From Paramecium tetraurelia (Eukaryota), in contig CT868019.1 in NCBI GenBank assembly GCA_000165425.1, positions 620,001 to 667,686 of the forward strand: 47,686 nt of DNA. The letters are read 5' to 3'. This document shows, in pieces, positions 40,446 through 47,686 of this stretch. The position numbers and the translations under genes are program-made. The notes under the pieces are model-generated. The model saw only the letters and a list, made by a program, of their open reading frames with translations. It was not told where the DNA came from and made no database searches. The stretch's first letter is position 1. Every line of letters begins with the position of its first letter.

Positions 40446-42115
40446 TTTATATCATTATTGATTATTCTATTATACTTTATATAATAATTGAAAATATTCA
40501 TTCGGTATTTATTAACTATTATTTACTTCTAAGATAACAAATATGCATAAAAATTTAAATTCGGATAAGTGAACTAAACCATCGTAATACCCTCAAGTAA
40601 AATTTCGACATTATTTGAACTCTTCCTGAATACTTTATAATATTTATTTGATAATGACCTTTCTCCAATGATTACTTAAAATAGATTATGTATATTAAAA
40701 TAAATTAACAACACGTTACCACATTATTTTGTCTTTTTGGTTATAATCTAAAAATAATTAGTATATTTTTTTCTGTGAAGCAAGACTGATAATTATATTA
40801 GTCTTTTAAAAGTATTAAATAAAAGTTGACAATAGATTATTTAATCAACTTTTACTTTCTATGAGTATTTAAGGATCAATAATTAATAAATCTCTAGAGA
40901 CTACTAATTATATACAATTCATTTAATTTTATAAACTGGAAGAAAATTATGTTTGAAAATGAAATGATTAAGATTTTATAAAGGATTGACTATATATTAA
41001 CACAGACGAGGTTTCTATTAATATATTTGAAGAGTTCATAATTCAAGTATAAAAAATTATATTTAGCTTGATAAGAGTGATATAGAATTTTAATCTTAAA
41101 TTTTTAAATTTACCCATTTAGCAAAACAATATTTAATTAAACATAATTATTCATCTGAATAATTATATATAAAACTAAGAGTTTCTAAGTAACTATGAAA
41201 GCTACTTTTCCATAATTTCTTAATCTCCTTTATTTGCTTTTATATTGAAAGTGATAATTGATATATAAAATAAAAAATACAAGGGAATTCAAGACCATTT
41301 TCAAACTATTAATTTAAAATATCGAAAATATTATATGTATTGATAGTTAAACGTCAGTACAATAATTTAGGATTTTTTGTTATTGATATAAAATTATTAT
41401 TCTAATAATTATCAATATATATATTTTAAGCATGTTTAATTTAGATTTAGAGAAACATTGATGACCTGAAATTGAATAGATAATCTTTATTTATCTGTTA
41501 TAAAGTTAAATAATTCAATACAATTATTGATCAAAATAGCAAGGAAATCCTTTATATAAGCACCATTCATTAACAAATGTATGATCCAAATGTGGCTTTC
41601 AAAGGATAGATAAAAAACTGTTCAATTAAGTAATATAAAAGAAGATCTTAATCATTATTCTTCGCTTATTTAATATGCCCTTACCAAGTAATTAGAATTA
41701 TAATTTTCCATTATGCTAATTTCATAATTTCCATCAATTATAAATTTCTAAAATCTTCTCTATCTACTTAGGTTATATATTACTATGGTATAATATAATG
41801 ATAAAAATATGATATCTTTACTAATATTGGTATATGTATCAAAATGTATTATTCTATTAAGTATTTATCATAGAAATAATTATGGTTTATAATATCTTAA
41901 TTGAGTTTGTAGAGGAGAGAACATAGAAAATGGCATTTATTAGTTACTATTGATGAAATCATATGAAGTAGTGTATCTTTAGTTGTACCCTCACTTCAAG
42001 TATTTTTAATGTATTTAATTATCAAGTGATCTATTAATTTGAATTATAAAAACTGAATTATCTTTCCTATTAATTATTTATTTAGAAGTAAACTTCAATA
42101 TTACAGAAGATGCAC

Positions 42116-45100
42116 ATGAATTTGAAAGGCCCCCTTAATCCTAATTAAGAATTCTTAACAGTGATTATTTTAAGTCAATTAATTGGATGCGCGTTATCAC
42201 AAACATCTATATATTCAAATTTTTTCGGAGATTTCTCATACTCAAATGGTATAATTTAAGAAATAAATATTCAGATTGGTTTATCTATGGTAGCTACACA
42301 GGTCCAGTTTCATATTGTGGATCAACTAAAATCTTTGGAGGCTCTCCTTAATTTACAAGGTATACTCATATAATCAAGACTTTTAATTTACCACCCCATT
42401 ATTAAATAATGGTTGCATTTAAATTTTGGCAGTAAGATATTTTATTATTGAGTGAAGCCTTGATAACTGGGGAGGAGAATATTTGAAAGTATATGTGGAT
42501 AATGTGGAAGCACATTCTCAATCTTATTCGTCTGAATACACTTAACCAAGTATTTGCGGTACATCCGGATCATCTTATGGAGATGGGATATCTTCTGTTT
42601 CCAGGATTATGATTCACACAAGTTATACTGCACAAATAATAATTAATGGGTTTGAAAATTACTGGGGAATTTCTGAATTTGAATTACTGGTATATAAATG
42701 TGCAACTGGTTGCTAAATTTGCGATTCAAGTAAATGTTATGTATAAAACCTTTACATGAGAAAATTAGATCCAATAAATTTTGATTCTAATTATGGTTGG
42801 CTCTATAATGATCAAAATATGAACACATATGCAGTTTGTTTAGGTATGTATCAAATCAATTTTAGACTAAAACTATTTGAAATCTCCAAGCAGTGATTTA
42901 ACCAAAATTATCCGATTAACTAGTCACAATAATATAAGTCTAAGACTCAAAATAATGACATTCAATTCTGATCCTCATTCTGTTCAGATTTATATTGATA
43001 CTGTACTCGTATAAACTTCTAATTTATCAGAATAAGTATTTACATACAGTGATCTTTGCGATGTAATGACATTAAGTTAGATCTAAATTTTAGAATATCA
43101 ACATTCACGATCTACTATATAAATTTAGGTTATTTCTACATGGTCAGGAAAATATAATTCAGCTTTGCAATAAACCTTAGGGGTTAGTGATTTTGAACTA
43201 TTCGTTCATCCTTATCCTACTCATGCGCTGATATGCAATGATCAAAACAATATTGCATTTGATGGCTGCTTCTCTAACACATATGATTGTGTTGTTGGAT
43301 GTAGGAATTGTGTAAAGGGAGATTGTATAAAATGCAAAGTAGGATGGGAATATTAAATATCACAGAGAAAATGCATTCCAATATGTGGGGATTTAATAAT
43401 TACTTATTTAGAGGAATGTGATGATGGAAACATGATTCCATACGATGGTTGTTATCAATGCAAATTTTCTTGTTCAAAGTTCTGTGGAAACTGCAAATTT
43501 GGGAAATGTTTAGAGTGTTTATAATCATTTAGGTTGATAGAACATAAGTGTGTATATGTGTATAATTATTACGATGATCCTGAATTAAGATAAAAAGCAG
43601 AGTTCAATAATTAAATTATAAATTTTATGGAAAGGGGGTTTTATTAGCATGCATTATTATATGATTATTAAATAGGTCTTTAGTAAGTAAAATAACTAGA
43701 TTGTAATCAATAATCTTATGGAATATTTGGTTATTATTATCATTAATGTAGCATTGATAGAATTTTTAATTGTAAAGAATAATTGTTTGATATTTGTTTG
43801 GAGTGTCAACCATATTTTTATTTAAAACTAAAGAATAAAGAATGTCATCCAATTTGTGGAGATGGGGTGATACTGTAAAGTGAAATATGTGATGATTAAA
43901 ATAATTTTCAGTTTGATGATTGTTATAAATGCTAATCGAGTTGTTAATTGGAATGTAGATAATGTAAATAAAATTAATGTTATGATTGCATTGATGGTTG
44001 GTCTTTAATAAATAATTATTGTTATTAGATATGCGGAGATGGAATGTAGGCATTCAATTCTTAAGAATAATGTGATGATGGAAATTATGAGAATAATGAT
44101 GGATGTTATGAATGTAAATATGAATGCGATTAAAACTGTTACTTTTGCTCGTAATCCAATATTTGCATGCTTTGTAATCAGCACTTCTAATTGATTGACA
44201 ATACCTATTGTGCTCCTATTTGTGGTGATGGCATAATTGTGTAAGGTCTTGAAGAGTGCGAAGACTTAAATGATGTTGAATTTGATGGTTGCTATTAGTG
44301 CACTTATTAATGTGAAATCAATTGCTCAAAGTGTATTGAAGGAATATGTTAAGAATGCATAGATGGTTTTGAATTAACATTATAAGGTTGCCAAAGAATC
44401 ATCAATTACGAAGATGAATCTGAAATAGAAGAGGAGATTGTTAAAATTTAATTGCATTGCGGTGATGGATGGTTATCTAATGATGAGGAATGTGATGATT
44501 GGAACATATTAAATAACGATGGTTGTTCGAGTAATTGTAATATAGAGACAGGTTGGGTTTGCAATGAATAGGAACCCAGTAAATGTTTTTCAATGACCAT
44601 TTTCTTGTTGTCTTATTTAAATCGAACATACTAGCATTAATATGTCTAGTTGTCATTCTCTAATCTTGTAAAATTGAAAGATAATTCCCAAAATTTTACA
44701 AATTCATTAACCTGTCTAATAAATAATTTAGATCTAAATGAATATAATATCACTGTTTATCCAGTAATTGATTTCAATGATGCAGAGTTTGTGCCTGCTG
44801 TGTTCAATATAAAAATTACAATATTCCAACCCATTTAAGCATAACCAAATTTAACTGTTGCTTTCAATACTTCTATCATTGATGTTAATAACATGTTAAT
44901 GAAACAATCATAATAAATATTGTTGCTCCAAACACCCTAAATTTTAGATAGCTCTCAATTGTAAGCTGCTAATTCATTTTAGGAGCTCGGCAACAAGATA
45001 ATGTTAGGATTAGGAATTATTTCCATATTAATGTTGCTGTTTGGAAGAATAGATTTAAGTTTAGAAATTTTAGACACATTATTATTTTAAACATATTTAA

Positions 45101-46137
45101 AATTTGTAAATGTCAACTACCCTTAAAATCTTTAAATTTATTTTTAATCATCCGATTTTGTATCAATCAATCCAATACTTGTTAATTTTAAAATCTAAGG
45201 TGTTCTCGATTCAGCCATTGGTGCAAATTATATTTAAAGCTATGGAAAACTATCAGAATATTAAGTAAATGCTGATTTATTCGTAAATATTAAAGGCCAA
45301 ATTCTTTAACTATCATTTGTTTTATTACTATTAATGTTCGCAAGAGTTTTTCAGAAATTTTTTCTTAATTATTGCTTCACTTCAAGATATTTCTATTGCA
45401 TCAGAAGAAGTAAATCAAGATTCATTGAGTTCATAGCCATTAAATATTATTAAATGATTAATGGTTTATTAGGATTGAAGAATATGCTGAGCATGGGAAG
45501 ATTTCGATAAATCTTTTATGCTAATAGTTGGGACTTACTTTTTAAAGTAATTTTATTTCTCAAATCTAATAATCAATCAGGATATCGAACAGTATTCTCT
45601 TATTTCTTTAGTGTTGGGTGTTTGAGTTTAGTGATCTTTTTTCTCAGTTCGCACTTTAAGAAATAAAATGGGAAAATTAATTTAACAATTGTTAGAAATG
45701 AATAGCATCAAGGTGTTATCTTATTCAAGAAGCTTTCATTTATTTTAATCTTAATTGTATTATAGAATGCTGGTGCCTTTTAATGTTTAATGATAACATT
45801 TTTAACATTTAGTTACATTGGCTTGATCTTTGCAATTAAACTTATCAAGTAGAAATTTGATTTATTTATCGTGGTTTTGATGGAAGCTCCTGTAATGTTC
45901 TTTACTAGTACAAGTATATTATATTGCTCTGATTTCTAATAACTTTTGAGTCTTAATTAGTAAGTTCTATTAGGTTTTGGATAAATAGGAATCCTACTAA
46001 TTAGCTTATTTGGACCTGTGATCAGATTCAATTACATAATTTATAAACAAATTAAAGCCTATCTAGCAAAAAGAGAACAAAATGAAATAACTAGGTTGGT
46101 AACTTAAACTAATTTATTTGCAGTTGTTGATATTTGA
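42116..46137 (+). CDS. Second cysteine-rich CGDG/DUF4215-like repeat multi-pass membrane protein (~1300 aa)
   Basis: Signal-like FLTVIILSQLIGCALS; LPPHYQIMVAFKFW|.LDNW domain; 5 full CGDx..E.CDD.N...DGC repeats at 43384-44540; TM region from LEILDTLLFQTYLKFVNVNYPQNL; introns ~42249-42274, ~42432-42457 and others; TGA 46135-46137. Confidence 0.88.
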
Positions 46138-47045
46138 TTAATACAATCTACATGTATTATTTTTTGTTTATTTATAATTTGATTTTGATTTTTCTATTAA
46201 AATTCAAATCTTATTTCTATTCATTAATGTTATTATTCTTTAGCTCTCAAATTACTTTAACAGCTACAACCATTTTGTGTTCGCTTTAACTAAAAATCTC
46301 TCCAAAGGAATATTTGCATTATTATCTTATCTGATTATTAAATTGATGATAAGTCTACCGTTTCATCTCGGCACTAATAATAGTGTTTTTATCCATTCAC
46401 ATCTCAAAGAAATTACTGCTCAAAGCTAACATTCTATTACCATTTTTTCTCATAGTTATAATATTCTTCAAATTCAGTAAATGTATTGCTGGGATTGAGT
46501 CATAAGACCATTAGTATAGACCGAAATAACTTGCTTTTTATTCAAAGAAATCAAAATTCATTATGTTAATATAGAAAATATACAAATGTATATTATGGGA
46601 AATTTAATGAAGATGAATAAAAGATCATTTATGATGACTATGAACAAATTCTTCTAATTGAGTTATATCTAATCTCCACTAAAATCTGAGCAATGTCTAC
46701 TTACATTATTAAATATTTCTTCAAGTAGGATAATCAAATCAAAAGACTTAGAATAAATTTTCAAAAAGTTTACACAATGAAATTTAAATGTAATGCAACC
46801 ATCAAAAATATATATACAATATATATTAAATTTTGATCACGGTATACAAAATTGATTTATTTCATTCTAACTGTAGTTTTAATAACATTAATTATCAATA
46901 AATATGTTTGCATAAAGTAGAAAATTAGAATCATTATTAAATAGACAGGCAGTGTTATTGGTAATCGTCTAAAAATAAGTTTAAACGTAACTATCTACAG
47001 GTAAACATGTCCTATTTCAAATAAACCATCATCAAAATCTAACTC

Positions 47046-47686
47046 ATAATAATAATAATAATATGGGTGTATAATTATCTATCATTACCGGCGGCCCCTT
47101 TTGATGTGCATGAGGCCGGTATTCATAAGGCAGGAGTGTTTGAATATTTATAATTTGTCCCATGTTTCAATACAGAACGGGCAGATCATTTTCTCGTCCA
47201 TGGATAGCCTAGCTAGGCCTTAACTTCTAAGTATCTTGTTCATCCTTGATACAATTTTCTTAAGTTCTCCCTTAAAGTTATTTTAGAAGGTTTTAAAATA
47301 TCATTATCTTACCCCTTTTACCTTTTGGATTATTTCCGCTAGCAGGTACTCGTCTTTGGTCCTCGAGTCGGCATAAATGATCATCTCTGATCCCACATAG
47401 ATGGCGTCCAAGAAAACCAGTAGGCCTTGTGTTATCTTACTAACTGTGTTTCCTAAGTCCAATTCAAATTAGAATTCTTCTATAAGTTATTTTCTAATTT
47501 CACTGAATTCGAATTCTCTATCCTTCTCATATTGTTCCCATGTTCTTCTTGTTGGCGAGGTTAGGGACTGATAATTAAGCTGCAGAAGAGAATTGCAGTT
47601 AATTAGAGGCTCCATTCGGCTCCATGGTTTGGATTTGAAATTGGATTTGGATTTGAATTTTGAGTTTGATGGACCGCTGCTACGAC
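47046..47686 (-). mobile_element. Candidate 3' end of a non-LTR-type (LINE/solo-ORF) element, truncated by the window edge
   Basis: Sharp GC increase; ORF ending ICPFCIETWDKLQIFKHSCLMNTGLMHIKRGRRQ-TGA (47082-47084); 18-nt 3' UTR; (TAT)6 tail at 47046-47063. No RT or endonuclease motif is visible in the window. Confidence 0.5.

Noticed and set aside
40500..42050. Possible genes or ncRNA (also 24200-25200, 30300-31000, 46240-47040)
   Set aside because: No sustained frame, tRNA cloverleaf or paired C/D boxes could be supported by eye; probably eroded coding or intergenic DNA.
47629..47670. Telomeric repeats
   Set aside because: Units are TTGGAT-like, not the Paramecium TT(T/G)GGG repeat, and unique sequence follows.

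Overview
AT-rich ciliate genomic DNA, almost certainly Paramecium. Genes read correctly only with TAA/TAG=Gln and TGA as the sole stop, and they carry tiny (~22-34 nt) GT..AG introns, so the supplied standard-code ORF track is mostly fragments or antisense shadows. Apparently intact genes: a dual-specificity phosphatase, a PX-PH phospholipase D, a coiled-coil protein, two large Cys-rich CGDG..EECDDGN..DGC repeat multi-pass membrane proteins, a Siz/PIAS-like SP-RING SUMO ligase, a MATE transporter, a WD40 protein, a tandem-VWA protein, a MORN-like repeat protein with repeat-phased introns, and small hypotheticals. These alternate with decayed genes (Arp5, a PAS-domain membrane protein, a MORN protein, unassignable remnants). 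There is a 150-N assembly gap. The last ~640 bp are markedly GC-richer and encode a minus-strand ORF ending in a C-x2-C-x11-H-x-C motif followed by a trinucleotide-repeat tail, which looks like the 3' end of a non-LTR-type mobile element. No tRNA, rRNA, CRISPR or telomere array is supported, and I cannot support a clearly new multi-gene system. All translations were done by eye without database searches.
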